NCBI GenBank assembly: GCA_964629505.1
Contig: CAZVQR010000002.1
Location: 1-28,968 of the forward strand
Length of the DNA stretch: 28,968 nucleotides
DNA from: an uncultured Candidatus Saccharibacteria bacterium
GTDB taxonomy: Bacteria; Patescibacteriota; Minisyncoccia; Phycocordibacterales; DSPV01
Direction of reading: 5' to 3'
The stretch's first letter is position 1; each line of letters starts with the position of its first letter. The notes under the pieces are model-generated. The model saw nothing but the letters and a program-made list of their open reading frames with translations. It searched no databases and had not been told where the DNA came from. The translations under genes were made by a program, and so were the position numbers. Positions 8,122-16,398 of the stretch are shown in pieces.

Positions 8122-8877
8122 TCAACGCAATTTCCTGTTGAGCCTTTTTATGGTCCGCCTCCAGAGAATCGGCTGGCGATGTCTTGTCAAAAGGGCTACC
8201 TCCCACAGCTCATCGGCTGTTTGAGCCTTCCGGCTGAGCATCTCCAAACCTTTGGGAAAACGGAAATAACTCAACACATCACGCGCGTCCGCGAATGTGC
8301 CAAGGCACATAGTGTGTAATGCAATCTTCCGTTGAAACTTCGGTCTGCCGCCAACCAAAGCTTGTCTTGTCCTTATCGTGTTTTCGCAAAACAAACTGCG
8401 TTGTGTATACACGAACTGACGCAGAAGGCGCCACGGTTGCGGATGTCCAGGTTTTCTCAAAAGTGATTCGAACTTTGTCTCAAAAGCGGTGTTAACCTTG
8501 GCCTGCATCCATCCATATCCCCAGTAACTGTCGGAGCAGTGACCTTTGCTCAAAGAGTCCGCTACAGACAATACCGTACCCAAAAGTTCGGGAATCGTCC
8601 CCGCAGAATTGATCGTCTCAATAAGCCGGTTAGCTTCATTGAGGGAGTCACTCCTTGAGTCCTTAAGCGGCAGCGCCTGTTGGGCGCATGCCTCTTTAAT
8701 GACTTGCAAAGCTTTTCTACCCACTCCCAGAAAACGTGAGAGCTCATCGGCGGTCTTCGCGGCACATTGCTCAATCGTTGTTAATCCAACACTCTGAAGC
8801 ACCTCTTTCGCCGTTTTACCGATCGGCAGATCTGCAATTTTGACTGATTTTACTAATTCAACATTTTGGCTATTCAT
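8122..8877 (-). CDS. Hypothetical protein with an N-terminal RNA polymerase alpha-CTD-like (HhH) domain
   Basis: IADLPIGKTAKEVLQSVGLTTIEQCAAKTADELSRFLGVGRKALQVIKEAC matches the alpha-CTD pattern (I-x-DL...L...GI...L...EL...GxKxL-x-x-I); remainder not recognised. Confidence 0.65.
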   Translation of the reverse strand: MNSQNVELVKSVKIADLPIGKTAKEVLQSVGLTTIEQCAAKTADELSRFLGVGRKALQVIKEACAQQALPLKDSRSDSLNEANRLIETINSAGTIPELLGTVLSVADSLSKGHCSDSYWGYGWMQAKVNTAFETKFESLLRKPGHPQPWRLLRQFVYTQRSLFCENTIRTRQALVGGRPKFQRKIALHTMCLGTFADARDVLSYFRFPKGLEMLSRKAQTADELWEVALLTRHRQPILWRRTIKRLNRKLR

Positions 8878-8912
8878 TCGTGGGTGTATTTAGGTGTATT
8901 GTTTCGGGACAC
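8874..8912 (-). CDS. Possible 12-aa upstream ORF coupled to the alpha-CTD-like gene
   Basis: AAAGGAGG-CCTTG-GTG TCC CGA AAC AAT ACA CCT AAA TAC ACC CAC GAA TGA; stop overlaps the ATG at 8877. Confidence 0.4.
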   Translation of the reverse strand: MSRNNTPKYTHE

Positions 8913-8953
8913 CAAGGCCTCCTTTCAAGAGCCAACCCGTTTTTTCTGCCAAG

Positions 8954-8982
8954 AGCTTAACATCCCACCATAATCCTGTCAA
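8954..8982 (-). promoter_or_regulatory. Sigma70-type promoter
   Basis: TTGACA-17 nt-TAAGCT with extended TG. Confidence 0.65.
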
Positions 8983-9049
8983 GCTTTGAAATTTTCGCAG
9001 ACGAAATACCAAAATCAAAATACGGTTCTACTTAGGAACTTTCTCCCCC

Positions 9050-9085
9050 TACACTAACTCACCGCGATAGCATAAAGTTAGTGTA
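9050..9085. repeat. Inverted repeat with 10-bp arms
   Basis: TACACTAACT...AGTTAGTGTA; loop contains GCGATAGCA. Confidence 0.6.
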
Positions 9086-9109
9086 TACATAAAATTAAGT
9101 AGATGGAAC

Positions 9110-9229
9110 CAAATTCGTTGAAGGCGCATATTTTCTGGAGGCTTGCGAGCGCGACCGGCGCGAGCACGAGGAAAATTTCAGTAGAAATTTATCCGTGCTC
9201 CAAGAAAATATGTGCCGAGAAAGAATTTG
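9110..9229 (+). repeat. Structured dispersed repeat, copy 1
   Basis: 59-nt core 9140-9198 matches the reverse complement of 23723-23781 with one mismatch; nested stems. Confidence 0.9.
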
Positions 9230-9240
9230 CTATTCATTTT

Positions 9241-10002
9241 TTACATCACACTCAAAATCGCTTTGAAACTTTCCGGTTCCAAACTTTGCCGACCGATGAG
9301 CAGACCTTGGACATTACCTTGGTAGACAATGGCTTCGGCGTTTTTGGCGTCCACAGAACCGCCGTAAAGAATCGGCACTTTGAACGCCGCCTCCTGTTCG
9401 TAAATATCGGCTAAAATTTTCCTGATAAAAATTCCCATTTCTTCCACCTGCTCCGGCTTCATCGCCTCCCGGCCACCAATCGCCCAAACCGGCTCATAAG
9501 CGATAATTAAATTTTCCAAAAGTTTGCCGGTAACGCCCTGAAGCGAATTCCTGATTTGATTTTTAAGAAAACCAAGATACTCGCCTTTTTCATCGCGCAG
9601 GTTTTCACCAACGCAAACAATCGCCCGCAAACCAAGCTTCAGAGCCAAAATCGCTTTTTTGGCGACTTGGCTATCGGTCTCGCCCAAAACCCGTCGCTCG
9701 GAGTGGCCAACAATTGCGTATTGAGCGTCGGCATTCAAAATCATCACTGGACTGATTTGACTGGTGTAAGAACCGGCAATTTCCCAAAAAATATCTTGAA
9801 CGCCGAGAGCAATGTTACGGGTATTCTTGGCGGCTTTGGCGAGCGCTGGCAGATAAAGGAAGGGCGGACAAATCACCACCGTAGCGCGGCGGATTTTGGC
9901 AGCGGCCCTTTTGGCGGCGGCGAAAATCCGCCGCGCCTCCGCCACTGTCGACGGATTCATCTTCCAATTCGCCACAATTATTTTTTTATCTTTATGGTTC
10001 AT
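9241..10002 (-). CDS. tpiA: Triosephosphate isomerase
   Basis: ANWKMN, GHSERR, AYEPVWAIG, LYGGSV. Confidence 0.96.
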   Translation of the reverse strand: MNHKDKKIIVANWKMNPSTVAEARRIFAAAKRAAAKIRRATVVICPPFLYLPALAKAAKNTRNIALGVQDIFWEIAGSYTSQISPVMILNADAQYAIVGHSERRVLGETDSQVAKKAILALKLGLRAIVCVGENLRDEKGEYLGFLKNQIRNSLQGVTGKLLENLIIAYEPVWAIGGREAMKPEQVEEMGIFIRKILADIYEQEAAFKVPILYGGSVDAKNAEAIVYQGNVQGLLIGRQSLEPESFKAILSVM

Positions 10003-10012
10003 AATTCATATA

Positions 10013-11296
10013 TTACTCCGTCTCTTTCCACTCATCAATCGTGTAGCCGCCGCCGGGACCGGCGGTAAACAGTAGGTTGGCAAGCCCGGTTTCGTAGATA
10101 ACCTGAGCGCTGTTTTGAATGGTAATCTTGTAAGCCGTTACCTCCTTAATTTTCACGCTGTTTTTAAGATTAATGTCGCCATGACCGGCATAGACAAGCA
10201 ATGCTCCTTGGGCACTGTTCTGCACCTCAATTGCTTCCTCGCCTCCGCCTTGCTCGGCGCTCCGATTCGCTGAAATAAATAAAATGTAAGAACCCGGCTG
10301 ACCGGTGCCGTAAAAGCTAGTGGTATTTTGGAGTTCAATATTGCTGGAGGTAATGCGGTTTAACGGATCGTCAGCAATAACCACAACGCTTCGGTTGCCA
10401 AGCGACGAGTGAATCCGAAAAGTGGCGCTGCCTGAAACCTCAATTTTACCAGTTACCCACAACGGCCCGGTGAGCGTTATCGAATCGCTACTGTCAACTT
10501 TTAAGTTACAGGGGATTTTTTTAGGGCCGATTGTTACCGAACCGGAGATATTATAGGTGCTACCAGAACAAGAAACGGTGCCACCCAGAGCGGCCTCGTT
10601 CTCCCACTCGGTAATCTTGGCGTCAGAGATAGGGAGCGCGGCAGTGACTTGATCGGGACTGTTTGGATAGGAAACACCCCCGACCGTGGTGCCGGAAATA
10701 ACTTGATAGTAAGCATTTTTATCAATCTGTGAGTCCGTAATGGTGTGGGCGTAGGCCGAGCTGGTGGCGTGAATTTTGTAAATGCTGCCACTTGGGCCAG
10801 CTGAGATCACATCGCCTTTTATCAAATTACTGTTCTCACCCGTCACTGGACCGTTGGAGAAAACATTGCCGGACACTAAGGCGGTGTTTTTTATATGCAT
10901 CCCTCCCTCCCCCGATTGCACGCCGTAGGAAAATGAAACGCCGGCAGCCATAATTAAATCGGTTTGGATTTTGCGTATCGTGTCGGAAAAATTTCCGATG
11001 GCAATAATTCTCTTACCGCCCAAAATATCAGACACCGAAGCAGTGGCTGTTTCGCCGCCTAAAGTCAGACTTTCGCTAGCGTTGACTTGTTTGCCGGTTT
11101 TCAAACGATAAGTAAGGTCTTCGCTCAACGACTCGGAAAGAAAGTAGCTGTTTTTGGAACGAACTAAATCATTGCTGATATTAAGTTGCCGCAAAACCGG
11201 ATTAGCTACTCCTAAAGTAATGGTAGTAGAAATAAATAAAAAGAAAATAATCGCCGTAATCAGAGCCTGTCCGCTATTTGTAAAAGTTTTTTTCAT
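10013..11296 (-). CDS. PilX/GspK-like large minor pilin, putative tip adhesin
   Basis: SG|QALITAIIFF class III-like signal without Glu5; beta-rich C-terminal region ending ...WKETE; last of the pilin series. Confidence 0.75.
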   Translation of the reverse strand: MKKTFTNSGQALITAIIFFLFISTTITLGVANPVLRQLNISNDLVRSKNSYFLSESLSEDLTYRLKTGKQVNASESLTLGGETATASVSDILGGKRIIAIGNFSDTIRKIQTDLIMAAGVSFSYGVQSGEGGMHIKNTALVSGNVFSNGPVTGENSNLIKGDVISAGPSGSIYKIHATSSAYAHTITDSQIDKNAYYQVISGTTVGGVSYPNSPDQVTAALPISDAKITEWENEAALGGTVSCSGSTYNISGSVTIGPKKIPCNLKVDSSDSITLTGPLWVTGKIEVSGSATFRIHSSLGNRSVVVIADDPLNRITSSNIELQNTTSFYGTGQPGSYILFISANRSAEQGGGEEAIEVQNSAQGALLVYAGHGDINLKNSVKIKEVTAYKITIQNSAQVIYETGLANLLFTAGPGGGYTIDEWKETE

Positions 11297-11799
11297 TGGT
11301 TTTGGTATGAACCGCGCAAAACGACGGTGGTGTAAAATTTCTCCGAGCGAAACGCTACCCCTTCGCCGCTTTGCGCCGTTAATTCCACCTTGACTGCCTT
11401 GGTTCGGCCATTGGAAAGTTCCCGAAAAATTAAACTGGTAATTGCCGTTGAAGAAGCCGTTAGCGGATTATAGGCGCCGCCATTTAATCGCTGGTAAATC
11501 GCTTCGCCAATCAAAGAAAATTCCATTGTATCCAAAATTAACTTGCCCGGACTGACGCCCAAAACACTGGCCGCGTTGACCGCCGTCGCTTTCCGAATTT
11601 CCCGCGTCATTTGCTCCAATGCCACTTCACCAACCGTTTCAATCGCTCGTGATGATTTCAACCGACCATAGGATTTGCCGATAACTAAAATCATATTGAT
11701 TAAAGTAACCAAAATCAACGCCAAAATGGCAACATAAATTAGAAGTTCCGGTAAACTTGTTCCCTTATTTTTATTTTTGTTGCTCAAAAAGTTAATCAT
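11293..11799 (-). CDS. Type IV minor pilin (PilW/GspJ-like)
   Basis: KG|TSLPELLIYVAI..., MTREIRKA. Confidence 0.85.
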   Translation of the reverse strand: MINFLSNKNKNKGTSLPELLIYVAILALILVTLINMILVIGKSYGRLKSSRAIETVGEVALEQMTREIRKATAVNAASVLGVSPGKLILDTMEFSLIGEAIYQRLNGGAYNPLTASSTAITSLIFRELSNGRTKAVKVELTAQSGEGVAFRSEKFYTTVVLRGSYQNQ

Positions 11800-12283
11800 T
11801 AAATAAATTGGTTAAATAAAAATTTAACGACTTAGTGGTGGTGGCAACGCCAGCGCTCCAAGCAATGAACACGGTGGCTTTTTTGGTGTTGGAGTCGAGT
11901 GTACCGGTCGGCGCGATATCATCGCTCATGTCGCGATAAACATTATTCAAGACAAAACTTCTTTCAAAGATTGCGTCAGTAAAAATATTGCTGGTGGTCG
12001 CCTGCCAATTGCCATTATAGAAAGTAAGGTAATAAGTGGCGCCGACAGTTAAAGAATTCAAATTATCCCAACTCGCATCGCGCAAAAAACGTAATGTCTC
12101 CACGCTTTCTTCGGCTAAAAAAGCCGCTTGGACATGGCGCAGATTGGCAAGAGCGGTTCTAAAATAAAGATTGTAAGCGGCAATTAAGCCGGACAAAATC
12201 AAAGTGGCAATGGCGGCGCCAACTATCACTTCCACCAAACTCATACCGTTTTTTGTGAGATCGCCTCGCTTAAACATACTCAT
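11792..12283 (-). CDS. Type IV minor pilin (PilV/GspI-like)
   Basis: NG|MSLVEVIVG..., QAAFLAEESVE. Confidence 0.85.
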   Translation of the reverse strand: MSMFKRGDLTKNGMSLVEVIVGAAIATLILSGLIAAYNLYFRTALANLRHVQAAFLAEESVETLRFLRDASWDNLNSLTVGATYYLTFYNGNWQATTSNIFTDAIFERSFVLNNVYRDMSDDIAPTGTLDSNTKKATVFIAWSAGVATTTKSLNFYLTNLFND

Positions 12284-12747
12284 TTTGTCTCAATTAAACC
12301 AGTTTGATAAATTGTAACGATCATTATTTGCGCTGGATTATTTTTGTCTCTGATAGTAATCACCCCATACTGATTGGTGGCGCCGGTGAGTTTTTCAAAA
12401 ATTGCGTCGCTACCGCCGCCATTCAAAATAATGGCGCTGATTTCTACCAAAGAACTAAGGCGTTCGGTTTTGTTCGCCGAATCAGCCGGATTGTAAACCG
12501 CGCCGGTAAAAAAAGTAACGCTATCGGCGGCAAAGTGAACGCCGTATTGGGCCGCGCCGCGGCCGGCGAGAGTCTTGCCACGCGCTTCGCTAAGCACGGC
12601 GGCAACGGCCGCGGCGCTTTTTTCCAGAGCCTGACCCCGATTGTAATTTACAAATACCTCATAAACCAAAACAAACAAAACCGCCGCAATCGCCAAAACC
12701 ACCAACATTTCCACCAAGGTGGCGCCCTTTTGTAATTTAGATAGCAT
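12280..12747 (-). CDS. Type IV minor pilin (FimU/GspH-like)
   Basis: KG|ATLVEMLVVLAI..., LSEAR, F-x-x-x-TG. Confidence 0.85.
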   Translation of the reverse strand: MLSKLQKGATLVEMLVVLAIAAVLFVLVYEVFVNYNRGQALEKSAAAVAAVLSEARGKTLAGRGAAQYGVHFAADSVTFFTGAVYNPADSANKTERLSSLVEISAIILNGGGSDAIFEKLTGATNQYGVITIRDKNNPAQIMIVTIYQTGLIETK

Positions 12748-13954
12748 TGCTCAAAGAGTAAATCGGACTAATCATTGAGACGGCGAAAAAACCAACCGCC
12801 AAACCGACCACAATCATCAAAAATGGTTCAATAACGGTGGACATATCTTTGGTCTGACGCTCCACTTCTTCTTCATAAAAACCAGCCACTTCCATCAGCA
12901 TTTCCGCCAATTTGCCAGTTTCTTCGCCGATACCGACCATTTCCGCCAAAAACGGCGGGTAAAGTTTTTCGGCATCGGCAAAAATTTGATAAAGCGGATT
13001 GCCTTTCTGAATGCTTGCCCCGGCCGCCTTGAGCACCGTTTGATAATGATGGTGTTGGACAACTTCGGCGGTAATGTCAAAAGCCAGCGCCGCCGAAACG
13101 CCGGAAGTCAAAAGCGAGGAAAGCGTCCGAGCGGTGCGAGCAGAATTGGTTTCTTTCACCAATCGACCGATTAAAGGAATGTGAAGCGCCGTCGTGTCAA
13201 AAATTTTCCGACCTTTTTTAGAACGAAAAGCCGCCAAACCGCCAACCAAGAGCAAACCCAAACCGACAAAAAACAAAGTGGTGTGGGCGGAAAAGAAATC
13301 GCTAACGGCGATAATTATTTTGGTGCTCAACGGCAACGGCACATTCAAATCCTTGAAGGTCGCCGTCAAACTGGGAATAACGAAAATCAGCATCATGACA
13401 GCAATCACCAGCATTAAAACAATCAGAATGGCTGGATAAATCATGGCGCCGCGTACCCGCTTCCGCAAAACATACATCTGATTCATTTGAAGGGAAACCA
13501 ATTTCAAAGAATTCGCCAAAGTGCCGCCTTCCTCGCCGGCTTTCACCATGGCCACGAACAATGGCGAAAAAACTTTGGGATAATTTTTCAGCGACTCGGC
13601 CAAAGCCGTGCCTTTTTTTATTTCTCCCGCCACTCCGCCGATGATTTTTTTGAACTGGCGATTTTTCGTCTGCCGCTCCAAAACAAACAGGGTTCGCGGC
13701 AACGACAGACCAGCTTGAATCATCGCTCCCAAATTGCGGGCGAAAGAAATTTTGTCTTGGGCGGAAACGCTGCCAATACTGGAAAAAAATTTCATCAAGG
13801 CTTGGAAAATTTTTTGCTCTGACATCGGTTCGGCGTAGACCACCGTCTCGTTTTCGTTTTTCAATTCCTGATACAACGAAAATTTGTCCGGCGCTTCGCG
13901 CGTTCCCTCATAGGCCTCGCCCGATTGCTTTATGGCTTTGAACTTAAATCGCAT
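12737..13954 (-). CDS. pilC: Type IV pilus platform protein (PilC/GspF family)
   Basis: MVKAGEEGGTL, AMIYP, IGEETGKL, VIEPFLM; start MRFKFKA at 13954. Confidence 0.92.
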   Translation of the reverse strand: MRFKFKAIKQSGEAYEGTREAPDKFSLYQELKNENETVVYAEPMSEQKIFQALMKFFSSIGSVSAQDKISFARNLGAMIQAGLSLPRTLFVLERQTKNRQFKKIIGGVAGEIKKGTALAESLKNYPKVFSPLFVAMVKAGEEGGTLANSLKLVSLQMNQMYVLRKRVRGAMIYPAILIVLMLVIAVMMLIFVIPSLTATFKDLNVPLPLSTKIIIAVSDFFSAHTTLFFVGLGLLLVGGLAAFRSKKGRKIFDTTALHIPLIGRLVKETNSARTARTLSSLLTSGVSAALAFDITAEVVQHHHYQTVLKAAGASIQKGNPLYQIFADAEKLYPPFLAEMVGIGEETGKLAEMLMEVAGFYEEEVERQTKDMSTVIEPFLMIVVGLAVGFFAVSMISPIYSLSNAI

Positions 13955-13973
13955 AAATTTAGCGGGTATAAAA

Positions 13974-15725
13974 TTATTCGGATACCACACGCAAAACTTC
14001 TTCAATGGTCGTCAGACCTTGAACCGCTTTGAAAATGCCGTCTTCAATCATCGTCAACATTCCCTCTTTTTTTGCCTGCTCTTCAATGGTTTTGGAAGTG
14101 GCGCTTTTCATAACCAGTTCCCGAATGGACGGCGTCACTTTCAAGGCTTCGTAAATGCCGATCCGGCCCTTGTAGCCGTCTTCGGCTTCGGCGGATTTTT
14201 TCGGCCGATAAAAAGGAATCTTTTCCCAGGTGGCAAATTTGTCCACGATTTTTTCTTCGCGCAATTGTTTCAAAATCCGATCCAAATCAACCAATTTTTT
14301 CAACGACTCCATACCAGACTTGGTCAGAAATTGCTTCTCTTTGGAGCCGGCTAACTTTCTGACCAGCCGCTGGCCAATAATCAAACCAACCGTAGAGACA
14401 ATCAAAAACGGCTCGCATTTCATATCCAAAAGGCGCGGAATCGCGCCGGCGGCCGAATTGGTGTGTAAAGTGGAAAGCACCAAGTGACCGGTCAAGGACG
14501 CGTTGATCGCCAAAGAAGCGGTTTCATTATCGCGAATTTCACCAACCATTATTATATCCGGGTCCTGGCGAACCAAAGTGCGCAAACCGGATGCGAAAAC
14601 AAAACCGATTTCCGGTCGAACTTGCGTTTGATTAATGCGCGCCATTTGGTATTCAATCGGGTCTTCAATAGTGGAAATGTTTACCTGCGGCGTATTCAAA
14701 ATATCCAAAGCGGTGTAAAGCGTCGTCGTTTTACCCGAACCAGTAGGACCAGTGGTTAAAATCATGCCCGTTGTTTGTTTCAAACCGTGATGAAAATCTT
14801 CCAGCGCCCGGCCATGAAAACCCAAACCCTCCAAAGTGAAGCCGGAAACGCTTTCTCGCAACAACCGCATCACCGATTTTTCGCCGTAATAAGTCGGCAA
14901 AATGGAGACGCGGAAAGAAACTTTCTCCTGGCCAGTATCCACCTTGAACCGGCCATCTTGGGGCAACCGCTTTTCGTCCAGTTTCAAATTAGACAACACT
15001 TTAATGCGGGCAATGATGCCGGAAACCACGGTGCGGGGCAAAACCATGGCGTCGCGCAAAATACCGTCAATCCGGTAGCGCACCAAGGTCTCCGTTTCCA
15101 ACGGCTCAATGTGAATATCGGAAGCGTTTTGTAAAATCGCGTGCTTCAAAAGCGTGTCCACGATTTTGACAATCGGCAATTCTTCCGCCTGCTTTTTTAA
15201 ATCCTTATCAGAAAGATTCTCGCCGGTTTTTTCCAGAATAGTTTTGAAACTGGCTGTCTCTCTTTCAATGATGTCGCCGAATTCCGCTTTCAAACTTTTC
15301 TGATACTGGAGCAAGGCGCTTTTGATGGATTCGGCACTGGTCAAGCGCGGCAAAATTTTCAAGCCGACTTTTTTCTTGACAAAATCAATCGCCGCCAAAT
15401 CGTCAATATCAAGCATCGCCACTTCCAACGCATCGACGCTTTTTCGGAAGGCGATAATGTTGTGGTTGCGAGCAATCGGTTCGGGAATCAGCGCCAACGT
15501 GTCAAAGTCCAATTTTTGACCCGACAAATCCACAAAAGGAATGCCCAAAATGTAGGCTTCAATTCGCTTCAAATCGTCTTTGGAAATTTTGCCCGACGCT
15601 GTCAAAATATCGCCAACCTTAATGTCTTTTTTGGCCGCTTCCTTTTCGGCAGCCTCAAAGTCCGCTCGGGATACCAAACCCGAATCAAGGACAAACTTTT
15701 TGAATTGGTCTCTGGCAATGAGCAT
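13974..15725 (-). CDS. pilB: Type IV pilus assembly ATPase (PilB/GspE family)
   Basis: ASDIHIEP, RYRIDG, LPQDGR, GPTGSGKTTT, IEDPIE, RQDPDIIMVGEIRD, TGHLVLSTLH. Confidence 0.94.
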   Translation of the reverse strand: MLIARDQFKKFVLDSGLVSRADFEAAEKEAAKKDIKVGDILTASGKISKDDLKRIEAYILGIPFVDLSGQKLDFDTLALIPEPIARNHNIIAFRKSVDALEVAMLDIDDLAAIDFVKKKVGLKILPRLTSAESIKSALLQYQKSLKAEFGDIIERETASFKTILEKTGENLSDKDLKKQAEELPIVKIVDTLLKHAILQNASDIHIEPLETETLVRYRIDGILRDAMVLPRTVVSGIIARIKVLSNLKLDEKRLPQDGRFKVDTGQEKVSFRVSILPTYYGEKSVMRLLRESVSGFTLEGLGFHGRALEDFHHGLKQTTGMILTTGPTGSGKTTTLYTALDILNTPQVNISTIEDPIEYQMARINQTQVRPEIGFVFASGLRTLVRQDPDIIMVGEIRDNETASLAINASLTGHLVLSTLHTNSAAGAIPRLLDMKCEPFLIVSTVGLIIGQRLVRKLAGSKEKQFLTKSGMESLKKLVDLDRILKQLREEKIVDKFATWEKIPFYRPKKSAEAEDGYKGRIGIYEALKVTPSIRELVMKSATSKTIEEQAKKEGMLTMIEDGIFKAVQGLTTIEEVLRVVSE

Positions 15726-16331
15726 TTATTCCAAAATACCGTCTAAATTCACATCATACAAAATTTTTTCTTGGATAAGTTGATATTTGTGAACTTCTTG
15801 AGCGGCAAACCAATGATTAATTTCCATATTCGCTTCTGCCGGCGAACCGGAGGCATGAATCAAATTCCGAACCGCTCGGCCATCAGCGTCGGACATTTGG
15901 TAAGAATCCAAAACGAAGTCGCCGCGAATCGTGCCGACATCGGAAGTCAAGGGCTCGGTGCCGCCGGTGATTTTTCGAACGATTTTAACGGCGTGCGCGC
16001 CTTGCCAAACCATTACCACTACCGGACCAGAGACCAGATATTTTTTCAGATTGGCTAAAATTTTCGCCGTGATTACCAAGGGGTCTTCGAACGGCGGCTT
16101 CAAACCTTTGTCTTGGTAAGATTTTATCGTCTTCTCGCCAGTCAGTCGCCGCCAATTCGGGTCCAAAGTGTAATGCTGTTCAACCTGCTCGACCGACGGC
16201 ACAAGCATTTTCAAAGCGGCTAATTTCAAACCGGCTTGTTCAAAACGCTTGATAATTTCGCCGATAAGCGAACGCTGAACGCCATCGGGCTTCACAATCA
16301 CCAAAGTTTGTTCGTATTTAGGATGCGGCAT
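15726..16331 (-). CDS. ndk: Nucleoside-diphosphate kinase (long form)
   Basis: TLVIVKPDGVQR, SGPVV, GTIRGDF, NLIHAS. Confidence 0.94.
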   Translation of the reverse strand: MPHPKYEQTLVIVKPDGVQRSLIGEIIKRFEQAGLKLAALKMLVPSVEQVEQHYTLDPNWRRLTGEKTIKSYQDKGLKPPFEDPLVITAKILANLKKYLVSGPVVVMVWQGAHAVKIVRKITGGTEPLTSDVGTIRGDFVLDSYQMSDADGRAVRNLIHASGSPAEANMEINHWFAAQEVHKYQLIQEKILYDVNLDGILE

Positions 16332-16334
16332 GGT

Positions 16335-16369
16335 CTTGTAACTTTTAATGTATAACTTGTAACTTGAAA
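16335..16369. repeat. Degenerate heptamer tandem array just upstream of ndk
   Basis: CTTGTAA CTTTTAA TGTATAA CTTGTAA CTTGAAA. Confidence 0.65.
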
Positions 16370-16398
16370 AACAATATCAAAATATTACCACATTAAAT

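Noticed and set aside
9103..9414. ORFs 9103-9414 and 23600-23965 sharing LASATGASTRKISVEIYPC
   Set aside because: The shared peptide is just the translation of the repeat core; conservation follows base pairing rather than codons, and one ORF runs antisense into tpiA.
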